Shown here: one piece after another, positions 12,860 through 23,085 of the stretch | Position numbering within the stretch: the first letter of the stretch is position 1 | Layout of the letters: each line of letters begins with the position of its first letter | Assembly: GCA_041937175.2 (NCBI GenBank) | Contig: CP166615.1 | Coordinates: 1,760,001-1,824,000, forward strand | Length of the DNA stretch: 64,000 nt | Direction of reading: 5' to 3' | Source: Limnothrix sp. BL-A-16 | GTDB taxonomy: Bacteria; Cyanobacteriota; Cyanobacteriia; CACIAM-69d | Made by a program: the position numbers and the translations under genes | Notes under the pieces: model-generated | The model's input: the letters and a program-made list of their open reading frames with translations, nothing else | What the model was told of the DNA's origin: nothing | Databases searched by the model: none

Positions 12860-14899
12860 ATGGTGACGCTCTCAGTCGGTCAACTTCTCGACCGACGCTA
12901 TCGGATCGTAGAAATCCTGTCGTCCGGAGCGTTCGGGCAAACTTACCTGGCTGCGGACTTGCGCCGACCGGGCCTGCCCCACTGCATCGTGCGGCAATTC
13001 CAATTCCCCAGTAAGAATTCCAAAGCACTGCAAGTGGTGCAGTTGCTGTTTAAGAAAAAAGCAGAAACCCTCGAAAAGCTGGGCACTCATGATCGAATCC
13101 CTCAGCTTTTGGCCTGCTTTGAGCAGGAGGGACAACTTTTTTTCATTGAGGAACTGATCCAGGGGCAAACCATCGCCGAGGAGCTGAAGGCCAATCAGCC
13201 CCAACCGGAAGAGTATGTGGTGCGATTCCTGCAAGATACGCTGGAAGTGCTGGATTTTGTCCACAAAAACGGGGTCATTCATCGCAATTTGCGGCCCGAA
13301 ACCCTGATTCGCCGCACGATCGATGGGCGAATTGTCCCGATCGAGTTCGGCTTGATTCAAGAAATTGCCAATCCCTCAGCCCGGGCTGATGCGATCACGC
13401 CGCCCCCTTCGCCGGATTCGGTGGTTTACATGTCGCCGGAACAGTTGCAGGGAAACCCGCTCTACAACAGCGATCTCTACGCGGTGGGGATGATTTGTGT
13501 CCAAGCCCTGACCGGGTTGTCGCCCAATGCCCTGCCCAAACCCAAAGACAACAATGGCGATCGCCCGCCCCATCTGGATTGGCCCAACCACGGGCAAATT
13601 AACCCCGGACTGATCTCCCTAATTGAGCGGCTGATTTCTCCCTACTTCGATCGCCGCTATCAGTCGGCTGCCGATGCCCTGCGGGATTTGCAGGAACTTT
13701 ATGGCCTGTCCATGGGCAGCGGTAGCGGTGTGAATCTCAGCGGTGCGGGCATGAGTGGCCTGCGGGCCCGCCTGGCCAGCAGCAGCCAAAACTCCCCCGC
13801 CCACAGCGAGGCCCAGGAAGCAGCCAAACGCCGTTGGCCCGATCGCCGGTTGTGGTTGGGGGTGGCCATTGCGGTGGTGGGACTGGGGTTTGGGGCGTTG
13901 CTACTGGCCAGCCCCCTGCGATCGCGCTATTGGGTCGATCGCGGCAGTGACCAACTCAAGGCCGAAAACTTGGAAGAGGCGATCGCCAACTACAGCCAAG
14001 CCCTCCAGGTGGATGCCAACAATGCGGAAGCGCTCTACCGACGGGGAGCCGCCTATGAGGAAATTGGGGAATATCAAAAGGCGATCGCGGATTTAGATCG
14101 GGCCATTCGCCTGCGGCCCAAACATGCCCCCAGCTACTTCCAGCGGGCCAACGCCCGCTACCGTCTCAGCGATGCCCGTGCCGCGATCGAGGACTACGAT
14201 CGGGCCCTGACCTACGACCCCAACTTGGTGCAGGCTTACCTGAACCGGGGCAACGTTCGGGGCGACATTGGCGACGACAAAGGGGCGATCGAGGACTACA
14301 ACCGTGTGATTGCGGCCAAGGGAGTGCCGGCCCGCCTCTTGGCCCCCGCCTATCTGAATCGGGGCCTGTCGCGATCGAACCTGGATGACCAACAGGGGGC
14401 GATCGACGATGCTACCAAAGCGATTCAACTCAACCCCAGCTATGCCCTGGCCTATCAAAACCGCGGCCTAGCCCATCGGCGGGCCGGCAACCTCCAGGCC
14501 GCCCTGCAAGATTTCAACATTGCGATCCAACTACAACCAGACGACCCAGACCCCTACTACAATCGGGGGCTAACCCGTTGGGATTTGGGCGAAGTGGAAG
14601 GCACGATCGAAGACTTCAACAAGGCGATCGAACTGCGGCCCGAACATGCCCTGGTTTATTACGATCGGGGCGTGGCCCGGCTCAAGCAGGGTGACCAAAC
14701 CGGCGCACTCACCGACTTCCAACAATCGGCCAAGCTATGCATCGACGAAGGCCGTTTGGGTTGTTACCGTGATGCCCAGTACCAAATCCAACAGATCCAA
14801 GCGGGCAAATTGCCCACCGATCTCAAATTGTCCAATGAGGAAGAACCCGAAGCCCCACCGCCCGAACCCAGTCCGGCCGCCAGCCCTCCGCCGCCCTAG
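12860..14899 (+). CDS. Hanks-type Ser/Thr pseudokinase with TM helix and TPR array
   Basis: Kinase fold recognisable but with CIVRQ, KKKAE, HRNLRPET and EFG; TM LWLGVAIAVVGLGFGALLLA; multiple TPRs. Confidence 0.88.
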   Translation: MVTLSVGQLLDRRYRIVEILSSGAFGQTYLAADLRRPGLPHCIVRQFQFPSKNSKALQVVQLLFKKKAETLEKLGTHDRIPQLLACFEQEGQLFFIEELIQGQTIAEELKANQPQPEEYVVRFLQDTLEVLDFVHKNGVIHRNLRPETLIRRTIDGRIVPIEFGLIQEIANPSARADAITPPPSPDSVVYMSPEQLQGNPLYNSDLYAVGMICVQALTGLSPNALPKPKDNNGDRPPHLDWPNHGQINPGLISLIERLISPYFDRRYQSAADALRDLQELYGLSMGSGSGVNLSGAGMSGLRARLASSSQNSPAHSEAQEAAKRRWPDRRLWLGVAIAVVGLGFGALLLASPLRSRYWVDRGSDQLKAENLEEAIANYSQALQVDANNAEALYRRGAAYEEIGEYQKAIADLDRAIRLRPKHAPSYFQRANARYRLSDARAAIEDYDRALTYDPNLVQAYLNRGNVRGDIGDDKGAIEDYNRVIAAKGVPARLLAPAYLNRGLSRSNLDDQQGAIDDATKAIQLNPSYALAYQNRGLAHRRAGNLQAALQDFNIAIQLQPDDPDPYYNRGLTRWDLGEVEGTIEDFNKAIELRPEHALVYYDRGVARLKQGDQTGALTDFQQSAKLCIDEGRLGCYRDAQYQIQQIQAGKLPTDLKLSNEEEPEAPPPEPSPAASPPPP

Positions 14900-15054
14900 T
14901 CACGCGGCAGGCTTGCTTTCATCGGTCAAGCCATCGGTCAAGTCCACTGACTGTTACCGTTACCCGATCGTTAGGCAGCAAAAGGCTTCAGCCCCTTGTG
15001 ATTGCGACTGACTCCGCAATCTGCGCCCAACGAATTAAACCTGTCGTGCGACTA
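14897..15054 (+). mobile_element. MITE family C, copy 1 (TA ends included)
   Basis: Ends TAGTCACGCGGCAGG / CCTGTCGTGCGACTA, palindrome variant at 14978-14999; homologous in reverse orientation to 46470-46785. Confidence 0.75.
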
Positions 15055-15160
15055 GGCGCGACTATCCATGCACCTGCTGGGGTCTGTCCCACCCTCTAAC
15101 GCCCCAGGCCTCGTTTCTGGATCATTGAACCTGTTGTTTTTGCCCCATCCCTAACCGACC

Positions 15161-17197
15161 TTGGCCCCCAATACCCCACCTTCTCCTCCACCTCCGGGCG
15201 ATCGACCTCCCAAACCATCCTTAGGTAAGGATCCTATTACCATTGGCCAACTGCTGGATAAGCGCTATCGCATCTTGCAGGTGCTTGGCTCCGGAGCCTT
15301 TGGCAAAACCTACCTGGCTGCGGATCTGCGCCGGCCGGGCTATCCCCAATGTGTGGTGAAGCAACTGCGCCTGTTGCGCCCCAACCCCACCGCCGCCAAA
15401 AACGCACACCGTCTCTTTCAACGGGAGGCGGAAATGTTGCAACGGTTGGGAACCCATCCCCAAATTCCCCGCCTGTTGGCCTTTTTTGAAGAAAACGAGC
15501 AATTTTATCTCGTCAAGGAATTTGCACCGGGTCACCCCCTCTCGCGGGAGTTGGTGGTGGGGGAACCGCTGCCGGAGCAACGGGTGATTTCCATGGTGGC
15601 GGAAATTCTGGAAATTTTGTCTTTTGTGCATGGCAACCGGGTGATTCACCGGGACATCAAACCCGCCAACTTGATCCGCCGCAGCGCTGACGGCCGGTTG
15701 GTGTTGATTGACTTTGGTTCCGTGAAGGAAATTCTGCAAACCGATGGGGAATCGGCCGCCGCCCGCACGATCGCAGCGGGTACTCCGGCCTACATGCCGA
15801 TCGAACAGTTTTATGGCAATCCCCAGTTCAACAGCGATATCTACGCTGTCGGGGCGATCGCAATTCAGGCCTTAGGGGGCTTTTCCTCGGAGGAATTGCA
15901 GGCCCTGCGCGGATCCCAGGAGCCGGTGAGCGGCCGCCTGAATTGGCGAGCCAGCATTTCCGTCAGCACTACGTTTGGAACCGTCCTCGATAAGATGGTG
16001 CATCCTTCCTATCAACAGCGCTACGCCAGCGCCGAGGAAGTGTTGATGGATCTGTTGCCGTTAATGGGCGGGAATGTTGGCGAGTCCACCACCACCGCTG
16101 CCGAGGAAGAACTAGGCAACCCCATTCCCTGGGCTGAATGGTGGCGACGTTGGTGGCCTTGGGGGTTGGGGCTGTTGGGCACGGTGGTGGGGCTGGCGAC
16201 CCTCTGGCAGTCGGGGTTGCCCCAGTTGGCCATTGCCCAGATGATTTTGTCGCGGTGGTCTCAAGTGCCCACGGGGTTGGTGATGAACCAAAATGCGTCC
16301 CCCTCGGATTTGGTGGGAATTGCGCGGATGTTGGAGGGAAAAACCCCGGCTCCCGATCGCACCTGGGACTACAGCAAGGCCATTCACGACGCAACCCAAG
16401 CCCTGGTCTGGTCCGCCAGCAGTTCTGCCTATTTTTTGCGCGGCGTGGCCTACTACAACAGCGGTAACTGGAATGCGGCCTTGGCCGATTTAAATCAGGC
16501 CTTGCAGCTCGAAGCTAAGGACGCGATCGCCCGTACCTATCTGGCGGCCACGCAAGATCGCCTAGGCGATTTGCAAAGCGCCCTGGCCAGCTACGATCGC
16601 GCCATTAAAGACGATGCCAATTTGAGTGCGGCTTATCTGGGGCGCGGCTTTGTGCGGTTGGAACTGAGCGACGCGAAAGGGGCGATCGCGGACTTTGACA
16701 AAGTGCTATCTCAGCAGTCCAGTTGGTCGGCGGCCCACCGTGGCCGGGCCCTGGCCAAAATGCTGGCGGGCGACTCCGAAGGGGCGATCACCGACAGCTC
16801 CCAAGCCATCCGGCTCGATCCCAACAACGCCAGGGCCTATCAGGTACGGGGACGCACCCACTTTGCCAGCGGCAATCTGCCCTCGGCCCTGGCCGATTTG
16901 ACGGTGGCCATTCGCTTAGACAGTAAGGATCCGGAGAGCTACTACTATCGCGCCCTCACTCGCCAGGCCCTGGGGGAACCCCAAGGCACTCTCAGCGATC
17001 TGAATCAGGCGATCGCCCTAGACGATCGCTATGCCATGGCCTACCAACAGCGGGGATTGGTGCAGGTGGGTTTGGGCAATCGGGCCCCGGCGGCGGCGGA
17101 TTTTCGACAGGCAGCCAAGCTTTGTCTCGATCGGGGGCAACTGGATTGTTATGACGCGGCCCGCCGTGAGCTAGAGAAATTGCAGGCGATGCCTTAA
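15161..17197 (+). CDS. Hanks-type Ser/Thr protein kinase with TM helix and TPR array
   Basis: LGSGAFG, CVVKQL, QREAE, HRDIKPAN, DFG, GTPAYMPIE; TM near WWPWGLGLLGTVVGLA; TPRs. TTG start uncertain. Confidence 0.93.
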   Translation: MAPNTPPSPPPPGDRPPKPSLGKDPITIGQLLDKRYRILQVLGSGAFGKTYLAADLRRPGYPQCVVKQLRLLRPNPTAAKNAHRLFQREAEMLQRLGTHPQIPRLLAFFEENEQFYLVKEFAPGHPLSRELVVGEPLPEQRVISMVAEILEILSFVHGNRVIHRDIKPANLIRRSADGRLVLIDFGSVKEILQTDGESAAARTIAAGTPAYMPIEQFYGNPQFNSDIYAVGAIAIQALGGFSSEELQALRGSQEPVSGRLNWRASISVSTTFGTVLDKMVHPSYQQRYASAEEVLMDLLPLMGGNVGESTTTAAEEELGNPIPWAEWWRRWWPWGLGLLGTVVGLATLWQSGLPQLAIAQMILSRWSQVPTGLVMNQNASPSDLVGIARMLEGKTPAPDRTWDYSKAIHDATQALVWSASSSAYFLRGVAYYNSGNWNAALADLNQALQLEAKDAIARTYLAATQDRLGDLQSALASYDRAIKDDANLSAAYLGRGFVRLELSDAKGAIADFDKVLSQQSSWSAAHRGRALAKMLAGDSEGAITDSSQAIRLDPNNARAYQVRGRTHFASGNLPSALADLTVAIRLDSKDPESYYYRALTRQALGEPQGTLSDLNQAIALDDRYAMAYQQRGLVQVGLGNRAPAAADFRQAAKLCLDRGQLDCYDAARRELEKLQAMP

Positions 17198-17236
17198 GGA
17201 CTGTTCTCTAGGTTATTCTCCACCCCCCATACCCTC

Positions 17237-17896
17237 ATGCTGTCGATCGGGAAAATCATCGGTAACCCATGGCCCGGGAAAGTCGCCAGACGCATTCGGC
17301 AAACCGGACTGACCGGCGCAATGGCGGGCCTGTTGGTAGGTTGCCAATCGCCCCCATCGCCTCCGCTGTCTTCGTCATCCGCGCCGATCGGTTCGCCCCC
17401 GGTGCAACCCTTGACGCGCATCACCCAATCCGGCGGCGGCATTGCGATCGCGCCCGATCGCCTGGCCGTCAGCACAGGCCAGGTGATTTTGGTGCCAGCC
17501 TACTCCCATGTGTATTACGGCGATCGGCAGGATGAATTTCTGCTGAGCGTCACCCTCAGCATTCGCAACACCAGCCTCACGGAATCGATTGTGGTGCGAT
17601 CGGTGCGGTATTACGACTCCCAAGGCAAGCTGATCAAGCAATATGCCAGCAGCGCCTTGAAACTGCCGCCCTTAGCGAGCACAGAATTTTTCATTCCCCA
17701 AACCGATCGCAGCGGCGGTTCCAGCGCCAGTTTTGTGGTGGAGTGGGTCGCGGAGCAAAAGCAGGTCACGGCCCCGATCGTGGAAGCGATTATGCTCAGT
17801 ACCAGTTTTCAGCAGGGCGTTTCGTTCACCAGTCCTGGCCGCGTGATTCAAGAACTTTCGGCCTCACCATCCGCCCGATCGTCCAATTCGCAGTGA
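17237..17896 (+). CDS. DUF3124-like lipoprotein
   Basis: Lipobox LLVGC; PAYSHVY, LSVTLSIRNT, YYDSQG, GSSASFVVEW, GVSFTSPG. Confidence 0.75.
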   Translation: MLSIGKIIGNPWPGKVARRIRQTGLTGAMAGLLVGCQSPPSPPLSSSSAPIGSPPVQPLTRITQSGGGIAIAPDRLAVSTGQVILVPAYSHVYYGDRQDEFLLSVTLSIRNTSLTESIVVRSVRYYDSQGKLIKQYASSALKLPPLASTEFFIPQTDRSGGSSASFVVEWVAEQKQVTAPIVEAIMLSTSFQQGVSFTSPGRVIQELSASPSARSSNSQ

Positions 17897-17993
17897 TGAC
17901 CATGGGGCTGGACTCGTCGAACCATGGGATGGTTGGGCGATCAAAATCATGCTTCAGCAACCCTGCGGCGGCCGCCGAAATCAGGACTGAGAA

Positions 17994-19040
17994 TTACGGG
18001 GATCCTAAAGATTGTAGGGAAATGAACGCGATCGCCATGCCTAAATCCTCGTCATCGGTGGCCAACAACAGGCGAGTGGCGTTCGGCTCCGGAGCCAGGG
18101 CGATCGCTTCGATTTTGTGATTGCCCGCTTGGATCAGATTTTGCGGGCGATCGACCGGCTGCCAAACCCATTGGCCCTCAACCCAAGTCAGCGACCCCAC
18201 CCAATACAGGGCCGACTGAAAAGGGCCCTGATCACCGCCATCGATGGTGGCCACACCCAACAGGCGACCATCGGCTAAATAAACCAAATCCGAGAGCGAT
18301 CGCTGGGTGGCCAAATCCAGGGGGCCGGTCACGGGGGCGCTGCCTTGTAGCTCGATCGCGTTGGTGGCCGGGTCAAACCAACCCCAATGGAGGGTGGCGG
18401 GGCGGCCCTGGCCACCGCGATCGGCAAACAGAATCACCAGTCGATCGCCCCAGCGCACAATCCGCAGGACTTCGATATCGCGATCGGGTTCCGGGGTTGG
18501 GGGCAAGTTAAACACCGCCCGCACAGTCAGTTCACCGGCCAGCGATCGGGGGTCTGGATTCAGGAAAACCTCGGCGATCGAGGAACCGCTCTCCACCGCC
18601 GACAACCGATAGGCCCGTCCGCGACTGGTGACGGCTAGATAGTCCCCGGTTCCAGGAATGGCGCTGATGGCTTCGAGGTCGATCGGCAGTTCGGCATCGA
18701 GGGGCCAGGCCAGGGACGATCGCCCCCGGGGTGGTTGATCGCCCCATTGCACCTGACTGAGCCGATAAAGCGCCGTGCGGGTCCGATCGCCCTTGGTGTC
18801 ATGCACCGCCAAAAAGAAATCGTGATCACCATCGGGCCCCTGCCAGGCCAGGCCACTGATGCCCGAGAAGCGATCGGCCCCGAGTTCTGTCCAGCGCAGC
18901 ACCAAGGGACTGCGGGCCCAAAGGGGAGCATTGACCAGGCCGATCGCCCCGATGGTCACCAGCAACAGCAGCACCCATCGGTAAATTCGGCGCACAAGGG
19001 TTTGGAGTCGAGAACGGAGCGGCGTGAGATCAGGCAGCAT
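17994..19040 (-). CDS. Secreted or membrane-anchored hypothetical protein, probable beta-propeller (phytase/esterase-like)
   Basis: N-terminal hydrophobic helix; repeated blade-like motifs ISGLAW, DLEAIS, DIEVL, KIEAIA, LATDDE. Confidence 0.55.
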   Translation of the reverse strand: MLPDLTPLRSRLQTLVRRIYRWVLLLLVTIGAIGLVNAPLWARSPLVLRWTELGADRFSGISGLAWQGPDGDHDFFLAVHDTKGDRTRTALYRLSQVQWGDQPPRGRSSLAWPLDAELPIDLEAISAIPGTGDYLAVTSRGRAYRLSAVESGSSIAEVFLNPDPRSLAGELTVRAVFNLPPTPEPDRDIEVLRIVRWGDRLVILFADRGGQGRPATLHWGWFDPATNAIELQGSAPVTGPLDLATQRSLSDLVYLADGRLLGVATIDGGDQGPFQSALYWVGSLTWVEGQWVWQPVDRPQNLIQAGNHKIEAIALAPEPNATRLLLATDDEDLGMAIAFISLQSLGSP

Positions 19041-19121
19041 CGGCGCAAAATCGACAGCGATCGATCGACTGGGGAGCGGCTTCCCTAGTTTGACCGATGG
19101 GCTGAAGCGGTTGCCAGCTTA

Positions 19122-19251
19122 GAGGATGCTTAAAAAGTATTCTTTGGCGCGGGCAAGCACCAAGAGTCGTGAAGACAAGGGGCTTAAGCCCCTTGTCTAA
19201 GTCGATCACTGAGGCGTACAGAGTAGCAATTTTGGTTTTTCAGACATCCTC
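19122..19251 (-). mobile_element. MITE family A, copy 2
   Basis: Reverse complement of copy 1; TTA flanks at 19119-19121 and 19252-19254; perfect palindrome at 19175-19196. Confidence 0.88.
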
Positions 19252-20511
19252 TTAGGCGACGGATTGGAAAAAGTCGATCGTGGCGCGTAGAGCTTGGGCA
19301 AACCGATCAATTTCTTCGATCGTGTTGTAGAAATACAGGCTGGCACGGGCGGTGGAAGCAATATTTAGGGACTTGTGCAGGGGTTGGGTGCAATGGTGAC
19401 CCGATCGAATGGCGATTCCCTCCTGATCCAAAAAGGAGGAGAGATCGTGGGCGTGAATCCCCTCCACGGTAAAGGCAGCCAAAGCCGCCCGGCCGGAGCC
19501 ATCCCCTTGGGGACGGGGGCCATAGATACGCACTTCAGGAATGACTCCGAGGCGATCGAACAGGTGGCGGGTTAATTCCGCTTCATAGTCGTGAATGGCA
19601 TCCATCCCGATCGCGCTGAGGTAGTCGATCGCCGCGCCCAGGGCGATCGCCTCGCCAATGGCCGGTGTGCCCGCTTCCAACTTGTGGGGCAAGTCCGCAT
19701 AGGTCGATCGCTCTAGTTCCACCTCGGCAATCATTTCCCCACCCCCCAAAAAGGGCGGCATCGATCGCAATAGTTCCAACTTGCCGTAAAGGAAGCCAAT
19801 GCCCGTGGGCGCGCACATTTTGTGGCCCGAAGCCACCAGCCAATCACAATCTAGCGCTTGCACATCCAGGGCCAAGTGGGGCGCACTTTGGCAAGCATCA
19901 AGCAAGACTTTGGCTCCCACCGATCGAGCGGCGGCCACCACCTCCGCCACGGGCAAAACACAGCCTAAGGTGTTGGACACATGCACCAGGGAGACCAGTT
20001 TGGTGCGATCGGACATCAGCGATCGCAACTGCTCCAAATCCAAAGATTCCGTGGCATCCAAGCCCACAAATTTCAGCACTGCCCCCGTGCGCTGGGCCAC
20101 CAATTGCCAGGGCACTAAATTACTGTGGTGCTCTGCCACGGACAGAATCATTTCATCGCCCGGTTGCAGTTGGCTCATGCCCCAACTGTAGGCCACCAGA
20201 TTGATCGCTTCGCTGGCATTGCGTGTGAACACAATTTCCTGAAACGATCGGGCATTCACAAACTTGGCCACCTTTTCCCGCGCCGCTTCATAGGCATCCG
20301 TGGCCCGCATACTCAGGGTGTGAACCCCGCGATGCACATTGGCGTTGTCCCACTCGTAATAGTGCCGCAAGGCATCAATCACCTGTCGGGGCTTTTGGGA
20401 GGTGGCGGCATTGTCCAAATACACCAGCGGTTGATCATGCACCCGCTGATCCAGGATTGGGAAATCGGGGCGCACCTGTTGGGCGATCGAGCGGGGCAAG
20501 GCGAGGGTCAT
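19252..20511 (-). CDS. sufS: Cysteine desulfurase
   Basis: [23 protein letters not shown] (PLP lysine), RSGHHC; last gene of the suf operon. Confidence 0.97.
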   Translation of the reverse strand: MTLALPRSIAQQVRPDFPILDQRVHDQPLVYLDNAATSQKPRQVIDALRHYYEWDNANVHRGVHTLSMRATDAYEAAREKVAKFVNARSFQEIVFTRNASEAINLVAYSWGMSQLQPGDEMILSVAEHHSNLVPWQLVAQRTGAVLKFVGLDATESLDLEQLRSLMSDRTKLVSLVHVSNTLGCVLPVAEVVAAARSVGAKVLLDACQSAPHLALDVQALDCDWLVASGHKMCAPTGIGFLYGKLELLRSMPPFLGGGEMIAEVELERSTYADLPHKLEAGTPAIGEAIALGAAIDYLSAIGMDAIHDYEAELTRHLFDRLGVIPEVRIYGPRPQGDGSGRAALAAFTVEGIHAHDLSSFLDQEGIAIRSGHHCTQPLHKSLNIASTARASLYFYNTIEEIDRFAQALRATIDFFQSVA

Positions 20512-20617
20512 GGCACAGGAAACAGAACAAGAAAGGGCAGCAGACCTGATGACCAACCGGGAGCAAGGGCAATTAGCTCCCGATCAACCGGTATCGATGG
20601 CGACCGATGAACGTCCA

Positions 20618-22012
20618 CTATTGATGCGCAGGATTAATCCGTTGGGCAATTTGGCTAGCCAAGGTCGATCGCAACGAGGCGATCGGGAGGCGATCCAAAA
20701 TTTCCCCGGCAAACCCATCCAACAGGAGCGATCGCGCCGTGGCCAAATCCAAGCCGCGACTGCGACAGTAAAACAGCTCCGTTTCTTCCAGTTGGCTGAC
20801 CGTGGAACCGTGGGAGCACTTCACATCATCCGCAATGATTTCCAGTTGTGGCTTGGTGTCCACCCGCGCCTTGGGCGACAGCAACAGATTGCGGTTGAGC
20901 TGGGCGGCGTTGGTTTGTTGTGCATCATGATCCACAAAAACCCGTCCATTGAAGACCGTGTGGCCCCGATCGTCCGCGATGCACTTGTGCAACTGATCGG
21001 CGGTTCCGTGGGGATGGCTCAACACCAGGGAGCTATGGGTGTCCGTTAACTGCTCGCCCGTGGCCACCGACAGGCCGTTCAAGATCGTTTCAGTGCCGGG
21101 GCCCGTTTGGGCAATGTCGATCGAGTGACGGGCGATCGATGCACCCTGGCTGATGGTGGTCAGGGTGTAGTGACTGTTCCAGTCCTGGGAAATGGCGGTT
21201 TTGCCAATGTGGATCGCCTGTTCACCTTCCCGTTGCAGTCGCACATGGTGCAGGGTGGCGCAATTTCCCAGCACCACTTCCATCACGCTGTTGGTGCAGT
21301 AGCCGCCTTGCCCGATCGCCACGTAGTCTTCAATTAAGGTGCAGTGGCTGTCGCCGGCCTTGGCCAACACCAAGCAACGGGGTTGACTGATTGCCGGTTG
21401 ATCCGCCGTGGCCACATAGAGCAAATGAATGGGCTTGGCCACCTGCACGCGGCGCTCCAGTTCAATCACCACACCATCGCTCAGCCCGGCCGTATTCAGA
21501 ACCGAGAAGGCATCCTGGCTACCCTGTTGGCCCAGGTGGTTTGCCAGCCGCTCCCGATCGGTCACGGCCATCAGCGAGCCGATCGTCACGCCCTCGGGTA
21601 ATTCAGCCAAGTTCGACAGTTCCGGCGCAAACCGACCGTTCACCACCACCACCCGCACGGGCGCTTCGGGAATGGCAAACGCCGCGATCGCCGCCGGTTC
21701 AAGGGTGGTCAGCGCCGGGGCCCGCAACGCGATCGCCAACATGGGTGACAGATCCGTAAACCGCCAATCTTCATCCCGCGTCGAAGGCAACGCCATTTCC
21801 TGCGCCACTGCCTGGGCCTGCGATCGCAGCCGCTGCACCAATTCCCAATCGGTTGCCGGGGTTGCCGCTGTCACCGTGGACAGCAAGCCCGCGTAATAGG
21901 TCGATCGCTGGGCCGCTTTGCCGGGTGCGCGATCGCCCGGCGTTGAGTTCGCCGTCAGTGCGTCCAAATCTGCCTTGTTCAAGTCCGTTAAACCACTCAA
22001 ATCCACGCCCAT
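20618..22012 (-). CDS. sufD: Fe-S cluster assembly protein SufD
   Basis: EDWRFTDL, DTKPQLEIIADDVKCSHG. Confidence 0.96.
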   Translation of the reverse strand: MGVDLSGLTDLNKADLDALTANSTPGDRAPGKAAQRSTYYAGLLSTVTAATPATDWELVQRLRSQAQAVAQEMALPSTRDEDWRFTDLSPMLAIALRAPALTTLEPAAIAAFAIPEAPVRVVVVNGRFAPELSNLAELPEGVTIGSLMAVTDRERLANHLGQQGSQDAFSVLNTAGLSDGVVIELERRVQVAKPIHLLYVATADQPAISQPRCLVLAKAGDSHCTLIEDYVAIGQGGYCTNSVMEVVLGNCATLHHVRLQREGEQAIHIGKTAISQDWNSHYTLTTISQGASIARHSIDIAQTGPGTETILNGLSVATGEQLTDTHSSLVLSHPHGTADQLHKCIADDRGHTVFNGRVFVDHDAQQTNAAQLNRNLLLSPKARVDTKPQLEIIADDVKCSHGSTVSQLEETELFYCRSRGLDLATARSLLLDGFAGEILDRLPIASLRSTLASQIAQRINPAHQ

Positions 22013-22014
22013 GG

Positions 22015-22797
22015 TTACACCCCCACCGGCTGCAACTCATCTACCCAGTCGTAGCCCTTGGCTTCCAACTCCAGCGCCAATTCCTTATCGCCCGTCATCA
22101 CGATTTTGCCGTCGTACATGACATGGACATAATCCGGAATGATGTAGTCCAGCAGCCGTTGGTAGTGGGTAATCACCAGCATCGCATTCTTTTCGTTTGC
22201 CAGTTGATTCACCCCCTCGGCCACAATCCGCAGGGCATCAATATCCAAGCCAGAATCCGTTTCATCCAACACGGCCAAGGTGGGTTCGAGCAGCGCCATT
22301 TGCAGGATTTCGTTGCGCTTTTTTTCACCACCCGAGAAGCCTTGATTCACGCTGCGATCGAGGAAGGACGCATCCATCTGCACCACTTGCAGGCGATCGT
22401 GCACCACATCCTCAAAATCAAAGGGATCCACTTCCTCTAACCCTTGGTGTTTGCGGCGGGCATTGTAGGACGCACGCAGAAAATCCAAGTTGGAAACCCC
22501 GGGAATTTCGACCGGATATTGGAAGGCCAAAAACACCCCCGATCGGGCCCGTTCTTCCGCCTCCAATTCCAATAGATTTTGCCCTTCAAAGACCACCTCG
22601 CCACCGGTCACCTCATAGGCCGGGTGTCCTGCCAAAATTTTGGAGAAGGTGCTTTTTCCAGAGCCATTACGACCCATAATCGCGTGAATTTCGCCGGCCT
22701 TAATTTCCAGGTTCAACCCCTTCAAAATCGGCGTGTCATTCACATTGGCAGTGAGGTTTTTGACCGAAAGCACGGTCGGCGCATTATCAACAATCAT
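22015..22797 (-). CDS. sufC: Fe-S cluster assembly ATPase SufC
   Basis: [39 protein letters not shown]. Confidence 0.98.
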   Translation of the reverse strand: MIVDNAPTVLSVKNLTANVNDTPILKGLNLEIKAGEIHAIMGRNGSGKSTFSKILAGHPAYEVTGGEVVFEGQNLLELEAEERARSGVFLAFQYPVEIPGVSNLDFLRASYNARRKHQGLEEVDPFDFEDVVHDRLQVVQMDASFLDRSVNQGFSGGEKKRNEILQMALLEPTLAVLDETDSGLDIDALRIVAEGVNQLANEKNAMLVITHYQRLLDYIIPDYVHVMYDGKIVMTGDKELALELEAKGYDWVDELQPVGV

Positions 22798-22864
22798 CGT
22801 AGCCCTTCAACCCTTAAAAACATGCTTCCAATTCAACAAACCAGTTCAACAAACAAGGGTCTTA

Positions 22865-23047
22865 AAGCCTGTCGTCACTGCCTGAGATCAAGCGAAAAGG
22901 GTTAATTGTCCATGCCCCAATCGTTGTAGCAAGGGGCTTAAGCCCCTTGTCTTTCGCGATCTGTTGATGGTGGAATCAGAAGCCCCTTGTTTCTCAAGAT
23001 CCGCTAACAGTGAAATCAGGGTTTCATGCAACTTGGCAATTAAGACC
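22865..23047 (+). mobile_element. MITE family B, copy 2, inserted at the central TA of a 22-bp palindrome
   Basis: Flanks ACAAGGGTCT-TA (22853-22864) and TA-AGCCCCTTGT (23048-23059); internal intact palindrome at 22929-22950. Confidence 0.7.
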
Positions 23048-23085
23048 TAAGCCCCTTGTTTCCAATCCCGATCGACCCAGCGTCG

